A stretch of DNA of 64,000 nt from an uncultured Candidatus Rokubacteria bacterium (GCA_963805625.1 CAWDVE010000017.1:576001-640000); one strand, 5' to 3'. Shown: positions 1 to 10,386, counted from the first letter of the stretch. The notes: generated by a model not told the origin, from the letters alone. Program-made: numbers and translations.

Positions 1-1215
1 GACGACTACACCGTCAAGACAGTGCTGAACTTTCCCTACCCGGTCTGGCTGGCGATCCTCTCTCAGCCGGCCGTGACGGGCATCGCGGATCCCAAGGTCA
101 TCAAGGAGAAGTGCGGAGAGCCTACCAAGGGGCAGAAGTGCGACTGGCTCTCCAACAACAGCGCCGGGGCGGGCGCGTACGTCATCGAGGAGTTCAAGCC
201 GAACGACCGGGTCGTCCTGGTCAAGAACCCGAACTACTGGAAGGGGTGGAGCGGCAAGCACCTCGAGCGGATCATCCTGGAGACGGTCCCGGAAGAGTCG
301 ACCCGTCTCCTGCGCCTGGAGAAGGGCGATCTTGACGTGGCGGCGGTGGGCACGGCCCAGCTCGCCGACCTGGAGCAGCGCATCAAGGACCAGAAGCTGC
401 CCATCGTCGTGACCAAGGTTGACAAGAAGGGGCAGCCGTTGCTCAGTCTCTCTACGCAGTGGATCAACCTGAACAACAAGATGCTGCCCACGAGCGACAT
501 CAACGTGCGGCGGGCCCTCGTCCACTCCTTCAACTACGATCTCTACATCCAGAAGGTCATGAAGGGCTACGCGTTCCGGATGACCGGCCTGATCCCGAAG
601 GGTGTGTCCGGGAACGTGGCCGACTACCCGTTGTGGCCCTACGACCTGAAGAAGGCGAAGGAGTTCGTCGACAGGGCGTCTCCGGAGGCCCGGCAGGAGC
701 TGGCGAAGGGCCTGAAGCTCCCCTACCGGCCGGACGGCGTGCTCCAGAAGGAAGGCGTTCTCATGTGGCAGGCCGACCTGGCCACGATCGGCATCAAGCT
801 GATTCCCGAGGAGGTGGACGCCGCCACGCTCTCGAGCCTGCAGACCTCGGCGCCCGGTCAGCCGATCATCGAGGCGCGCTGGTACGCTGACTTCCCCGAT
901 CCGGACAATTTCAAGAACGCGGCCTGGACCAAGTACTGGCCGGGCCCGCCCACGATGGGCTACGGCGCGGCCTTTGCCGGCGACGCCAAGACGGACGAGC
1001 TGATCGACCGGGGCCGGTCGGAGATCGATCCGGCGAAGCGCCGGGCCATCTACCGTGAGCTCGAGCTGTACTTCCGCGAGACGGCGGCCACGATCATGCT
1101 GGCCCAGCCGAGCGGCGCCCTCAACGAATGGAACGCACAGGCTGCCTCGGTGAAGGGCTTCGAGTACAATCCCATGATCCATCCCCTGTTCTACAACATG
1201 TACAAGGAGAAGTAG
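1..1215 (+). CDS. ABC transporter peptide/oligopeptide substrate-binding protein (family 5), 5'-truncated by window edge
   Basis: Frame open from base 1 to TAG 1213-1215; SBP_bac_5 motifs GAGAY..EEFKPNDRVVLVKNPNYW, D..VRRAL..SFN, W.ADFPDPDNF; upstream of DppB/DppC permeases. Confidence 0.9.
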   Translation, partial: DDYTVKTVLNFPYPVWLAILSQPAVTGIADPKVIKEKCGEPTKGQKCDWLSNNSAGAGAYVIEEFKPNDRVVLVKNPNYWKGWSGKHLERIILETVPEESTRLLRLEKGDLDVAAVGTAQLADLEQRIKDQKLPIVVTKVDKKGQPLLSLSTQWINLNNKMLPTSDINVRRALVHSFNYDLYIQKVMKGYAFRMTGLIPKGVSGNVADYPLWPYDLKKAKEFVDRASPEARQELAKGLKLPYRPDGVLQKEGVLMWQADLATIGIKLIPEEVDAATLSSLQTSAPGQPIIEARWYADFPDPDNFKNAAWTKYWPGPPTMGYGAAFAGDAKTDELIDRGRSEIDPAKRRAIYRELELYFRETAATIMLAQPSGALNEWNAQAASVKGFEYNPMIHPLFYNMYKEK

Positions 1216-1427
1216 GAGCGAGCGGCCGGGCGACCTCGCCCGCGGGAACCGGGCACTCTGTCAACGGACGCGGTGGAGCGCATCACCGCGCCGGCTGAAC
1301 GGGTGCCCGGTGCCCGCCGGGTGCCCACGCCTGCGGGGCATGGCCTCGGCGGACCCCGACCACGCCATCGGGTGACCACGCGTGTCGCGGTCACGCCTTC
1401 CCGACCGAGAGAGGAGCCGAACCTGCG

Positions 1428-2570
1428 ATGAGAGTCGAACGCGAGAAGCTCGGCGACTGGTTCATCTACGGGCGCGAGGTTGCCTGGAAGTACTCTTTGA
1501 CGAGCGTGGGCCGGCCCGCCGCGCGCTTCGCGGATCTCGGGCTGACCATCGACGAGGGCATGAGCCTCGACTGGGGCGGGCACTACTTCGGGCCGCCGGT
1601 GCTGAAGCAGCGTCTCGTCCAGACGCAGGGGTACGACCTGACCCCGGAGCAGCTGTTCCTCGCCAACGGCACCTACGAGGCGAACTACGTCTCGGTCATG
1701 GCCTTAGTCGACAAGGGCGACGAGGTGGTCCTCGAGGCCCCGGCCTGGACCCAGGTCGGCGTCCTGTGCCGGGCCATCGGGGCCAACGTCAAGATCCTGC
1801 GCCTGCGCGAGGAGAACGCCTGGAAGCCCGACCCCGATGAGCTGCGCCAGCTCGTCACCGACCGCACCAAGCTCGTGTTCATCAACCACCCGAACAACCC
1901 GACAGGCTCGGTGCTCTCGACCGACGACATGAACGCCATCGTGGCCGTGGCGCGCCGGCACGGGACCTATCTCCTGTCGGACGAGATCTACCGGGGGCTC
2001 GAGTGGGATGGGCCGATCTCGCCGTCCGCGGTGAACGCCTACGAGCGCGGCATCGTCACGAGCAGCCTGACCAAGACGCTCGGTATGTGTGGCCTCCGCC
2101 TCGGCTGGGTGGGCAGCCGTGACAAGGAATTCCTAGACCGGGCCTTCGCCCTCCACCGGTACGGGGTGATGGTGAACGACGTGTTCGGGGAGCAGCTTGG
2201 CGCCGCGGCGCTCGAGCCGGCGACCTGGGACCGCCTGCTGGCGGAGGGGAAGCAGATCGGCCGGCGGAACCGCCAGCTCGTGGTCGACTGGATGGCCCGG
2301 AACTCGCTCTTCACCTGGGTCGTGCCCGGCGGGGCCTTCACCTCGTTCCCCCGCTTCGAGTTGCCGGTGACGTCGTGGGACCTGTGCCGGACGCTCATTG
2401 GCGAGCCCTACGGCACGTACCTCGTGCCGGGCGTGTGCTACGGCGACGAGTTCGACAACCACGTCCGTCTGGGTTTCGGCGCGGAGACGCCCAAGGTGCA
2501 GGCGGGGCTGGCCCAGCTGGAGGTCTTCGCCCGCGAGGCGAGCCGGCGGGAGCCCGCGCTCAGCCGGTAG
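1428..2570 (+). CDS. PLP-dependent aminotransferase class I/II
   Basis: NHPNNPTG, SDEIY, SLTKTLGMCGLRLGW (PLP lysine), VRLGFG; GAGGAG RBS. Confidence 0.9.
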   Translation: MRVEREKLGDWFIYGREVAWKYSLTSVGRPAARFADLGLTIDEGMSLDWGGHYFGPPVLKQRLVQTQGYDLTPEQLFLANGTYEANYVSVMALVDKGDEVVLEAPAWTQVGVLCRAIGANVKILRLREENAWKPDPDELRQLVTDRTKLVFINHPNNPTGSVLSTDDMNAIVAVARRHGTYLLSDEIYRGLEWDGPISPSAVNAYERGIVTSSLTKTLGMCGLRLGWVGSRDKEFLDRAFALHRYGVMVNDVFGEQLGAAALEPATWDRLLAEGKQIGRRNRQLVVDWMARNSLFTWVVPGGAFTSFPRFELPVTSWDLCRTLIGEPYGTYLVPGVCYGDEFDNHVRLGFGAETPKVQAGLAQLEVFAREASRREPALSR

Positions 2571-2579
2571 AGGCTCGCG

Positions 2580-3611
2580 GTGATCCGCTTCAGCCTGCGC
2601 CGGCTGATCCTGCTGGTCCCGGTGCTGGTGGGCATCACCCTCGTCACCTTCACGCTGGCGCGCGTGGTGCCGAAGAACGTCGCCTACGTCTGGGCGGGGG
2701 CCCAGGGGTTCCGGGCCACGCCGGAGGCGGCGGCCCAACTGACGCGCCAGTACCACTTGGACGCGCCCCTGCCGGTGCAGTACTTCCACTACATGGCCGG
2801 CCTCCTGCGCGGCGACCTCGGAACCTCGCCCGTGACGACGCGGCCGGTGATCAACGAGATCAAGCAGTTCCTGCCCCACACCATCGAGCTGGCCGTGAGC
2901 GCCATGCTCCTGTCCGTGCTGCTGGGTTTGCCGATCGGCGTGATCTCCGCGGTGCGCCGCAACACGCTGGTCGACCACCTGAGTCGTCTCACCGCACTTC
3001 TGGGTGTCTCCATGCCGGTGTTCTGGCTGGGGCTCTTGCTCCAGCTGGTCTTCTACTCGTGGCTGGGCCTGGTGCCGGACCCCGGCGGGCGCCTGAGCAA
3101 CCGGATCCGCTACACGAGCCCGGTGCAGAGCGTCACGGGCTTCCTCATGGTGGACACGGTCATCACCGGCAACTGGATTGCGTTCCAGGACGCGCTGGTC
3201 CACCTGATCCTGCCCGCCGTCACGCTGGCCCTGCCCCAGGTGGCCATGATCAGCCGCATGACGCGCTCCTCGATGCTCGAGGTGCTGGGGCAGGACTATA
3301 TCCGCACATCACGGGCCAAGGGCTTGAGCGAGCGGGTGGTGAACTACCGCCACGCGCTGCGCAATGCCCTCATTCCCGTGACCACCGTGGTGGGGCTGTC
3401 CCTGGCCTGGCTCCTGACCGGGTCGGTCGTGACGGAGGTCGTGTTCTACTGGCCGGGGCTGGGCCGCTACGGGGTCGAGGCGATCCTCGCCTTCGACTTT
3501 CCCGGGGTGATGGCGTTCACCATCATCGCCGCGTGCGTGTTCGTCTTCGCCAACCTCGCGACCGACGTCCTCTACACGCGCCTGGACCCGCGCCTCCGAG
3601 AGCGGGGATAG
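2580..3611 (+). CDS. Peptide ABC transporter permease (DppB/OppB family)
   Basis: GDLGTS, HLILPAVTL, EAA loop DYIRTSRAKGL, HALRNALIP, DPRL end. Confidence 0.93.
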   Translation: MIRFSLRRLILLVPVLVGITLVTFTLARVVPKNVAYVWAGAQGFRATPEAAAQLTRQYHLDAPLPVQYFHYMAGLLRGDLGTSPVTTRPVINEIKQFLPHTIELAVSAMLLSVLLGLPIGVISAVRRNTLVDHLSRLTALLGVSMPVFWLGLLLQLVFYSWLGLVPDPGGRLSNRIRYTSPVQSVTGFLMVDTVITGNWIAFQDALVHLILPAVTLALPQVAMISRMTRSSMLEVLGQDYIRTSRAKGLSERVVNYRHALRNALIPVTTVVGLSLAWLLTGSVVTEVVFYWPGLGRYGVEAILAFDFPGVMAFTIIAACVFVFANLATDVLYTRLDPRLRERG

Positions 3612-3616
3612 GCCGC

Positions 3617-4528
3617 GTGACGGCGGTCACGGAGCCCGTGATCGCTCGCGGCGCGTCGGAGCCGCGTCACGCGCGCGCGGGCGGCCAGCTCCGGCAGGCG
3701 TGGCGTCGCCTGGGGCGCAATCCGCTCTCTCGGGCGGGCGTGCTGATGATCGCCGGCCTCGTTCTCGCGTCCCTCCTCGCCCCGGTCCTGGCGACACACG
3801 ACCCCCGCGGCGTGAACCTGCAGGATCAGCTGCGGCCGCCGAGCGGCGCGCATCTGTTCGGCACCGACAGCGCGGGGATGGACATCTTCAGCCGCGTCCT
3901 GTACGGGGGGCGGCTGGCCCTGAGCAGCGGACTGATCATCCTCGCGCTCTCCACCGTCACCGGCTCGCTCCTGGGCTCGCTGGCCGGGTACTTCGGCGGC
4001 CGCACCGACGAGACGATCATGCGGATCACCGACGTGTTCCTCGCGTTCCCCGGCCTGATCCTCGCCATGGCCGTGGTCGCGGGCGTCCAGCGGCGAAGCC
4101 TGGTCGTGCTGGTGGTGGCCATTGCGCTCCGATGGTGGGCTCCCTACGCGCGCATCATGCGGGCCCAGACGATGGCCGTGAGCGCTCTCGAGTTCGCCCA
4201 GGCGGCGCTCGCCAGCGGCGCCAGCCCGCGGCGCGTCCTGTTCCGCCACATTTTGCCCAACACGATCTCGCCCATCGTCGTGCAGGCCACCCTGGATCTG
4301 GGCTACGTGATCCTGACCGCGGCCTCCCTCAGCTTCATCGGGTTCGGGGTGCCGCCCGGGGAGCCGGAGTGGGGTCGCATGATCGCCGACGGGCGCCAGC
4401 ACATGCGCACCGCGTGGTGGGTCATCACTTTTCCGGGTCTGGCCATCCTTCTGACGGTGCTCGGCTTCAACCTCCTGGGCGACGGCATCCGGGACGTGCT
4501 CGACCCGCGCACGCAGGGAGCCTCCTAA
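3617..4528 (+). CDS. Peptide ABC transporter permease (DppC/OppC family)
   Basis: GTG at 3617 within ORF 2375-4528; HLFGTD..G.DIFSRVLYG, HILPN, PEWG, FNLLGDGIRDVLDPR. Confidence 0.92.
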   Translation: MTAVTEPVIARGASEPRHARAGGQLRQAWRRLGRNPLSRAGVLMIAGLVLASLLAPVLATHDPRGVNLQDQLRPPSGAHLFGTDSAGMDIFSRVLYGGRLALSSGLIILALSTVTGSLLGSLAGYFGGRTDETIMRITDVFLAFPGLILAMAVVAGVQRRSLVVLVVAIALRWWAPYARIMRAQTMAVSALEFAQAALASGASPRRVLFRHILPNTISPIVVQATLDLGYVILTAASLSFIGFGVPPGEPEWGRMIADGRQHMRTAWWVITFPGLAILLTVLGFNLLGDGIRDVLDPRTQGAS

Positions 4529-4588
4529 CCCGATACACCCGTCTCCTGGCACGTCGGTCCGTGGCACTCCGGCTGACGGAGGACCAAG

Positions 4589-4984
4589 ATGGCTGACAAG
4601 CGTCCCCGGGTCATCGGCCCCGATGAGCTCCTCAAGCTTCGCAAGCCGCTTCCCGAGAAGCCGGCCCCTCTCGTCTACTTCACGAACAAGGAGTTCGCGC
4701 GGCTGACCAAGGGTGCCATCGAGTTCCCGCGTCGACCGCGGAGAGCTCCTCTCGCCGCGTTCGAGCCCTGTACTCGGGAGTTGCCGGGCGGGCCTGCAGT
4801 GCCGTCTGGGCCTCTGGAGGGAGGCTGGCGGCGGCCGAGTCGCGCTCGACTGCCGCTGCTCGAGGGTGCTCGTCTCCGCGTAGCGGCTGCCGATGGAGCC
4901 TCATCAGCGCACGGCCCGCGTGGAGCCGGTCTCGTTCGCGGCGCAGCCGCAGGCCCGCGCCCAAACACGCAGGGCGCGCGCTAG
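4589..4984 (+). CDS. Hypothetical protein, possibly truncated after about 60 aa
   Basis: GGAGGA RBS + ATG; protein-like N-terminus, low-complexity C-terminus. Confidence 0.4.
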   Translation: MADKRPRVIGPDELLKLRKPLPEKPAPLVYFTNKEFARLTKGAIEFPRRPRRAPLAAFEPCTRELPGGPAVPSGPLEGGWRRPSRARLPLLEGARLRVAAADGASSAHGPRGAGLVRGAAAGPRPNTQGAR

Positions 4985-6090
4985 GCTCTCGTTCCTGAGC
5001 GGGTGAGCCGCGCCTGCGCGATCCCGCCGGGCACCACCACGAGATAGCTCAGGAGCCAGCCCACGGCCCCCGCGATCACGATCGCGCCCGTCCAGAGGTG
5101 CACGGACCAGGCCACGCGCGCCCACATCATGATCGCGAGGAAGTAGAGCAGGTACTGCACGGCGGGAATCGCGAATGCCACCGTGCGAAAGGCGAGGACC
5201 CGGTCCGGCGCCGGCCGAAGCCACACGACCAGGGCGTCGCCGATCAGGCCCGCCAGGACCGCAGCGCCGATGAGCGGATACGGACCCGTGTCGAGATACT
5301 TGTCGTGGATGATTGTCATGAGCGCGACGTTGACCGACAGGAGGACCGTGAGGCTGCCCAGGGGGAGCGGCTGCATTCGCAGGACGAACAGCACCAGCCC
5401 CATCAGCACCGCGGGCTGGACCAGGAAGCCCGCGAGACCCGCCGACAGATACACCTGGCTACCGGTCCGTGGGGTCTCCGTGACCCACGTCGTCGCGTAC
5501 GGGCTCGCGTACCCGGTGAAGAAAGTGATCAGCGAGAGAAAGAGGGTCAGGGACACGACCATGGGCATCCGGGAGAGCCAGCTCTCTCGGACCGGGGCCG
5601 GGTGGTGGAGCCCCGCCCTGAGCGGCCCCGTCACCATGAGCCCGCCGCCGAACGCCAGGGCGAGGTGGCTCGGGCTGATGAGCCCCTCGATGCCTTCCTC
5701 GATCCCGAAGGTCACGTGCCATAGCATGTCGGCCCCGCCGGCGAAGAAGAACACGAATGCGCCGACGAGGGAGAGTCCGTAGCCCGCCGGCAAGGCCCTG
5801 GCGCGCGGCAGGCCCCGGCGACGGTTCCGGCGCACGGTCACCGCGAGCACCACCGCGCCGGCGATGTAGCCGGAATAGAGGACCCCGTGCCACGGCGTGA
5901 AGAACGTCTCGAGCGCCGGTACGTGGATGTGCGCCCATCCGTCGAGGTAGAGGCCGCCGATGAGCCAGCCTCCGAGGAGAGCGATCAGCCAGTCGAATCC
6001 GGCTCCGCCGATGGCCGTGGCGTCAGGGCCGGCCGCCGCCGGGGTCCTGGTCCTCGGTCCGGGCTCGGCTACGACGGTGCGGGCTGCCAT
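4981..6090 (-). CDS. Polytopic membrane protein of unknown function
   Basis: ATG 6090 with GGAGGT RBS; many TM segments; GLYLDGWAH, ETFFTPWH, DMLWH, SPSHL motifs. Confidence 0.75.
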   Translation of the reverse strand: MAARTVVAEPGPRTRTPAAAGPDATAIGGAGFDWLIALLGGWLIGGLYLDGWAHIHVPALETFFTPWHGVLYSGYIAGAVVLAVTVRRNRRRGLPRARALPAGYGLSLVGAFVFFFAGGADMLWHVTFGIEEGIEGLISPSHLALAFGGGLMVTGPLRAGLHHPAPVRESWLSRMPMVVSLTLFLSLITFFTGYASPYATTWVTETPRTGSQVYLSAGLAGFLVQPAVLMGLVLFVLRMQPLPLGSLTVLLSVNVALMTIIHDKYLDTGPYPLIGAAVLAGLIGDALVVWLRPAPDRVLAFRTVAFAIPAVQYLLYFLAIMMWARVAWSVHLWTGAIVIAGAVGWLLSYLVVVPGGIAQARLTRSGTRA

Positions 6091-6299
6091 CGAGATACCT
6101 CCGGTTCGGGAGCCCGCCGTGCGCTCTGGCGGATCTCCGGGACGGTCGTAGTGTAGCGCGCCCGCCGGCATTCGCTGCACGGCGGGTGCGTGCGGCGGCA
6201 GCTTTCTCGCAGGAACTCGCGTGACGCTGACGTCGACCGGGGTATTCTCCGCGAGAGGACCGGAGGTTTCTCGGGCGGGCGCCTGCGCGGTGACCATCA

Positions 6300-6560
6300 C
6301 GAGGAGTCGCTCGGTCACCGCGGTCGCGAGCTCGGCGTGGCCCCGTGGCAGAGCGTCCCAGAACGTGTGCTCCACGAAGTAAAGGCCGGTGCGAACCTCG
6401 TCGGTGACCTCCGGGCGTGCCGTGCGCGTCCGGTCGGTGAGTCAGAGCGCTGTGATCTCGGCCCGGAGCGCCGTTTCGGCGGCGGCCTGCTCCAGCGGCA
6501 AGATGTCGTCCCGGTGGAGGTCTGACAGGGTCGCGGCGACGCGCTGGTCCGCCGGGATCG
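6300..6560 (-). pseudogene. ppc: Internal fragment of phosphoenolpyruvate carboxylase with nonsense codon
   Basis: Translates AEITAL*LTDRTRTARPEVTDEVRTGLYFVEHTFWDALP, matching the PEPC segment LW.TDE.R..RP.V.DE...GL.Y; TGA at 6444-6442 replaces the conserved Trp. Confidence 0.7.
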
Positions 6561-6574
6561 CACGCGCCGCGGAT

Positions 6575-6832
6575 CATTCGAGCCGGAAGTCCCGAGTCAC
6601 CAGGAGCTGTCCGCGGTCCCGCCCGATGACCCGCGTCAGCCGCGCGGGACCGAACGCCTCGACGGCGGTTCCCGGCGCTGCTCCCTTCACCCCGATCATG
6701 AGATGCGAGACGAACAGGGCTCGGGTTCTTCACAAGCGGCCACGTGTGCAGGAGGACCAGGAGCACAAAGACGCCATAGACGGCCGCCAGGCGGCCGGGG
6801 CTCTCCGCCTCGCGCCCCCTCGGCGGAATCAC
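6575..6832 (-). pseudogene. Internally deleted membrane-protein gene (N-terminal TM joined to an ILEI-like C-terminus)
   Basis: LAAVYGVFVLLVLLHTWPLVKNP followed in another frame by LMIGVKGAAPGTAVEAFGP...RLE*. Confidence 0.35.
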
Positions 6833-7270
6833 GACAGGATCGTCGGCGCGATCACCGATCTCCAGCCCTCACCGGCCCGGTGCGTAGGTCGCCACTTCTC
6901 GGCGAGGGCGCGGATGCCCTTCGGGCGGGGCTCACCGGATCAGCGCGAAGGGCCGCGAGCCTGTGGCGGCAGAGGGACGTGCTCCGGATTGCCGCACTGG
7001 TCACACATGAGTCGCGTTGCGATCATGGCCGACACCTCCCCGTGAGCTCGTCCTCGCGAGGCCATTTTCCTCCGGGCGTCAGGCAGCCGCAAGGCCGCCG
7101 GCTGGCGCAGAGGCGAGGAGACGGCAGCGATCGACGGCGGAGTTGACGCGCCACGGGGAAGGTGTTGTGGTTTCCTGGCGACCCACAGCAACGGGCGGCA
7201 GCCCTCGATGTCCGCGCCGCCCCAGGGTGGCCGTGTGGAGCGGAGTCCCACCTGAACCGGGGAGGCATCG

Positions 7271-7828
7271 ATGACAGACCGGATCATCCTACGCACTGGC
7301 GAGGCACTCGTGACCGGAGGGCCGCCGGGCACGGCGGCAGAGCCCGAAGTCGTGATCGGCGCCCTGGACGGCCCGGTGGGCACCGCGATGGCCACGCTGA
7401 TGGGGGGCCAGGTCAAGGGTCACACGCGCGTCTTCGCGCTCCTCAACACCGACGTCCAGGTTCGCCCCGCCACCCTGATGGTCAGCAAGGTCACGGTCGG
7501 AGGGGAGAAGGCGACGAAGTACACGAACATCCTGATGGGCACGGTGCAGGCGGCGATCGCGCACGGCGTGCTCGACGCCGTCCGGGCCGGCGACCTGCCG
7601 AAGAGCCAGGTCAACGAGCTTGGCATCATCTGCGCCGTCTGGCTGGCGCCCACCATCGTCGACGTCGTTGATCTCGACCACCGGCTGCTGTTCGACATTC
7701 ATCGGCGAGGCATGGCCAAGGCGATCGGCAAGGCGATGCGTCACGAGCCGTCGATCGACTGGCTGCTCGAGAACCAGGACAAGGTCGTCCACCGATACTT
7801 CCAGATGGGGCTGGAGGGAAAGATCTAG
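7271..7828 (+). CDS. fae: Formaldehyde-activating enzyme (Fae) homolog
   Basis: GEALV, GPVG.A.A, GHT, VRPATLMVSKVT, G.VQAAIA.GVLDAV..G.LPK, EPSIDWLLEN; GGAGG RBS. Confidence 0.85.
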   Translation: MTDRIILRTGEALVTGGPPGTAAEPEVVIGALDGPVGTAMATLMGGQVKGHTRVFALLNTDVQVRPATLMVSKVTVGGEKATKYTNILMGTVQAAIAHGVLDAVRAGDLPKSQVNELGIICAVWLAPTIVDVVDLDHRLLFDIHRRGMAKAIGKAMRHEPSIDWLLENQDKVVHRYFQMGLEGKI

Positions 7829-8150
7829 CTCCAAGGGCGACGCGCTGTCGCGGCCCCGGGAAGGTCCGGCGGTGTCCGCCGTGCGGTCCGATACGGAGGA
7901 GCCCTCGCCGCTTGCCGGCCTGATGGCCGGCGAGCGGCGAGGCGCCGGCTAGCGTTGCCGGAGCCGCGCCTCGATTCGGTCGCCCTCCTGCAGGCCCTGG
8001 CGAGGCCTGGAACTCGTGCGTCGTTTGGCTCCAGTCGAACTTGACGACCTGACCTGCAGGAATTGGAGCGCAGGCCCCGGGGTCTGAGGGTGCCCGTCAG
8101 CGCGAGAGCGGTGAGGCCTTACGAGGCGCGAGCGCCTCTCGCCGCAAGGG

Positions 8151-8672
8151 TCACGGCAGCTTCTTCAGGAGGCCCTCGTAGACTCGGTCGTTCCGGGGGC
8201 CGCCGGTGGATCCGCCCCGGTCCCCGAAGTACGAGGCCGCCCGGCTCACGATCCGAACCTGCAACCCGCCGGTCGTCAACGCGTAATCGGCCTCCTCGGT
8301 CACGTACTGCTGCTCGAGATAGCCGCCGCTTGTCCGCTCGAAGCCGGTGTGAAGGACGTACGCGACCCCGCCCGGCCGCTTCACGACGGATGCCACCGCC
8401 ATCGTCATCACGCCCCCACCCGGCGGCACGAACTGGATCTGTCCGGGAGCGGAGAGCTCGACGGTCCGGACCAGTCCCTGGTTGTTCTCGTAGGTGAACA
8501 GGAAGTAGCCGTTCTCGCTGAAGGTCGCCGTGAACTCGACCGCCTGTCCTTCCACGGTGACGGTGCCGCGCCACGTACCGGTGAGGTCGTCCGGACGCGC
8601 AGGCCGGGCCGAGAGCAGGAGGACGGACGCGAGTGCGACCACGAAGACTCTGAGCCTGGGCGCCCTGTTCAT
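8151..8672 (-). CDS. Secreted hypothetical protein (beta-rich)
   Basis: Signal peptide then DDLTGTWRG. Confidence 0.65.
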   Translation of the reverse strand: MNRAPRLRVFVVALASVLLLSARPARPDDLTGTWRGTVTVEGQAVEFTATFSENGYFLFTYENNQGLVRTVELSAPGQIQFVPPGGGVMTMAVASVVKRPGGVAYVLHTGFERTSGGYLEQQYVTEEADYALTTGGLQVRIVSRAASYFGDRGGSTGGPRNDRVYEGLLKKLP

Positions 8673-8694
8673 GATCCCGCCCGTCGCGAAAAGG

Positions 8695-10278
8695 CTACCG
8701 CGCCCGCTCCCGGTCGAGCAGCACGCGGCGCAGGACCTTGCCCGAAGCCGACTTGGGGATCTGATCGATGAACTCCACGTACCGGATGCGCTTGTGGGGC
8801 GCTACCCGCTCGGCCACCCAGTCCATGAGCGCATCGCCGCTCGTCCCGCGAGCGGCCTCGTCGGGCTTCAGCACCACGTACGCTAGGGGTACCTCGCCCG
8901 CCTCCTCGTCGGCCTTCCGGATGACCGCGGCGTCGAGGACAGCAGGGTGCGTCAGCAGGAGCGCTTCCAGCTCGGCCGGCGCCACCTGCAGCCCCTTGTA
9001 CTTAATGAGCTCCTTGGTGCGGTCGACGACGTAGAACCACTCCTCGTCATCCACGTAACCGATGTCGCCGGTGTGGTACCACCCGTCACGATCGATGGCG
9101 TCCGCCGTCTCCTGGGGTCGGTTGAGGTAGCCCCGCATGATCTGAGGGCCTCGGATCAGGAGCTCGCCCTGCTCGCGCGGGCCGAGCGCCGCGCCGGTGA
9201 CGAGATCGATGATCTTCACCTCGGTGTTCGGAACGACCTGGCCGATCGATCCGGGCTTGGACGGCGCATCGATCGTCGGGCTCAGGTGGGTGACGGGGCT
9301 CGCCTCCGTCATGCCGTACCCCTGGACGACCGGGCATCCGAGCTTCCGGGCGAGCGCGCGGGCGATTTCCTCCCCGAGCGGCGCGGCTCCGGAAAATACG
9401 AGCCGGACGCTCGAGAGATCGAACTGGGCGACGGCCGGATGCTTCACGAGGCCCAGGACGATGGGCGGCACGAGCGGCAGGACGGTCACCCGATGCTTCT
9501 GGATCAGGCCCAGGAACTCCATGAGGTCGAAGCGCGGCATCGTCACCAGCGTGCTGCCGTTGGCCAGCGACAGCTTCATGATGACGACCATGCCGTAGAT
9601 GTGGAAGAACGGCAGCACGGCCATGACCACGTCCCGCTCGCCGAAGCACTCGAAGCCCCGCATGCCCTCGCATTGCCGGAGATTCGCGACCAGGTGGCGG
9701 TGGGTGAGCATCACCCCCTTGGGCAGCCCCATCGTGCCGCTCGAGTACGGCAGGACGACGAGATCTCGCCCCGGATCGATGGTGACGGCGGGAGGGCTGG
9801 GCGGCGCCTCCAACAGCTCGGCAAAGGGGCGGGCGCCCTCGGCCGCCCCGATGACGAAGATCTCCTCGATCCCCGTTCGCGCCAACGCCTCCTTCGCCCT
9901 GTCGAGGATGGCGGGGACGGTGACCAGGAAGCGGGCTCCCGAGTCTTTGAGCTGCACGGCCAGCTCGTCGGCGGTGTACGTCGGGTTGACAGTGGTGTTG
10001 ACTCCGCCGAGAGATGCCACGGCGTGGAAGACCACCACGTACTCGGGGCAGTTCGGGCTGTAGATCGCGACCACGTCGCCCTTGCGGAGGCCGCGGCGCG
10101 CCAGGCCGGTCGCCGCGCGTCGGATGCCGTCCTCGAGCTGGCCGTACGTCAGGACGCGGCCGCTCGGCCCGTCGATGATGGCTGGCTTGTCGGCGAGCCT
10201 CCGGGCGTGCCGCAGCACGTACTCCGTGATGGAGACGTGGGGCACCGTGACGTCGGCGCTGCGGCTCCTGACGATCAT
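8695..10278 (-). CDS. 4-coumarate-CoA ligase-like AMP-dependent acyl-CoA ligase
   Basis: YSSGTMGLPKG, QGYGMTE, GWYHTGD, KELIKYKG, PKSASGK. Confidence 0.92.
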   Translation of the reverse strand: MIVRSRSADVTVPHVSITEYVLRHARRLADKPAIIDGPSGRVLTYGQLEDGIRRAATGLARRGLRKGDVVAIYSPNCPEYVVVFHAVASLGGVNTTVNPTYTADELAVQLKDSGARFLVTVPAILDRAKEALARTGIEEIFVIGAAEGARPFAELLEAPPSPPAVTIDPGRDLVVLPYSSGTMGLPKGVMLTHRHLVANLRQCEGMRGFECFGERDVVMAVLPFFHIYGMVVIMKLSLANGSTLVTMPRFDLMEFLGLIQKHRVTVLPLVPPIVLGLVKHPAVAQFDLSSVRLVFSGAAPLGEEIARALARKLGCPVVQGYGMTEASPVTHLSPTIDAPSKPGSIGQVVPNTEVKIIDLVTGAALGPREQGELLIRGPQIMRGYLNRPQETADAIDRDGWYHTGDIGYVDDEEWFYVVDRTKELIKYKGLQVAPAELEALLLTHPAVLDAAVIRKADEEAGEVPLAYVVLKPDEAARGTSGDALMDWVAERVAPHKRIRYVEFIDQIPKSASGKVLRRVLLDRERAR

Positions 10279-10386
10279 GAGTCTGCTCGTGGGGTGAGCC
10301 GGCGTGGGCCGCTCATCGATGGGAGACTATCGCCGGTGCTCCAAGGCCGTCAAGCCGCCTGCCGGCGGCCGAGACGGGTCCCCTTG

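Noticed and set aside
2375-3616. N-terminal extension of the 717-aa ORF and many other long overlapping ORFs
   Set aside because: Arg/Pro/Gly-rich shadow frames of clear genes; stop codons are scarce in GC-rich DNA.
4981-6375. 464-aa version of the membrane protein
   Set aside because: The upstream part belongs to the ppc remnant and spacer; a strong RBS supports ATG 6090.
6442-6444. TGA at a conserved Trp as evidence of stop-codon recoding
   Set aside because: TGA terminates many intact genes here, and the ppc piece is a fragment anyway.
7141-7270. Riboswitch upstream of fae
   Set aside because: Only short GC-rich hairpins; I could not match any known aptamer consensus.
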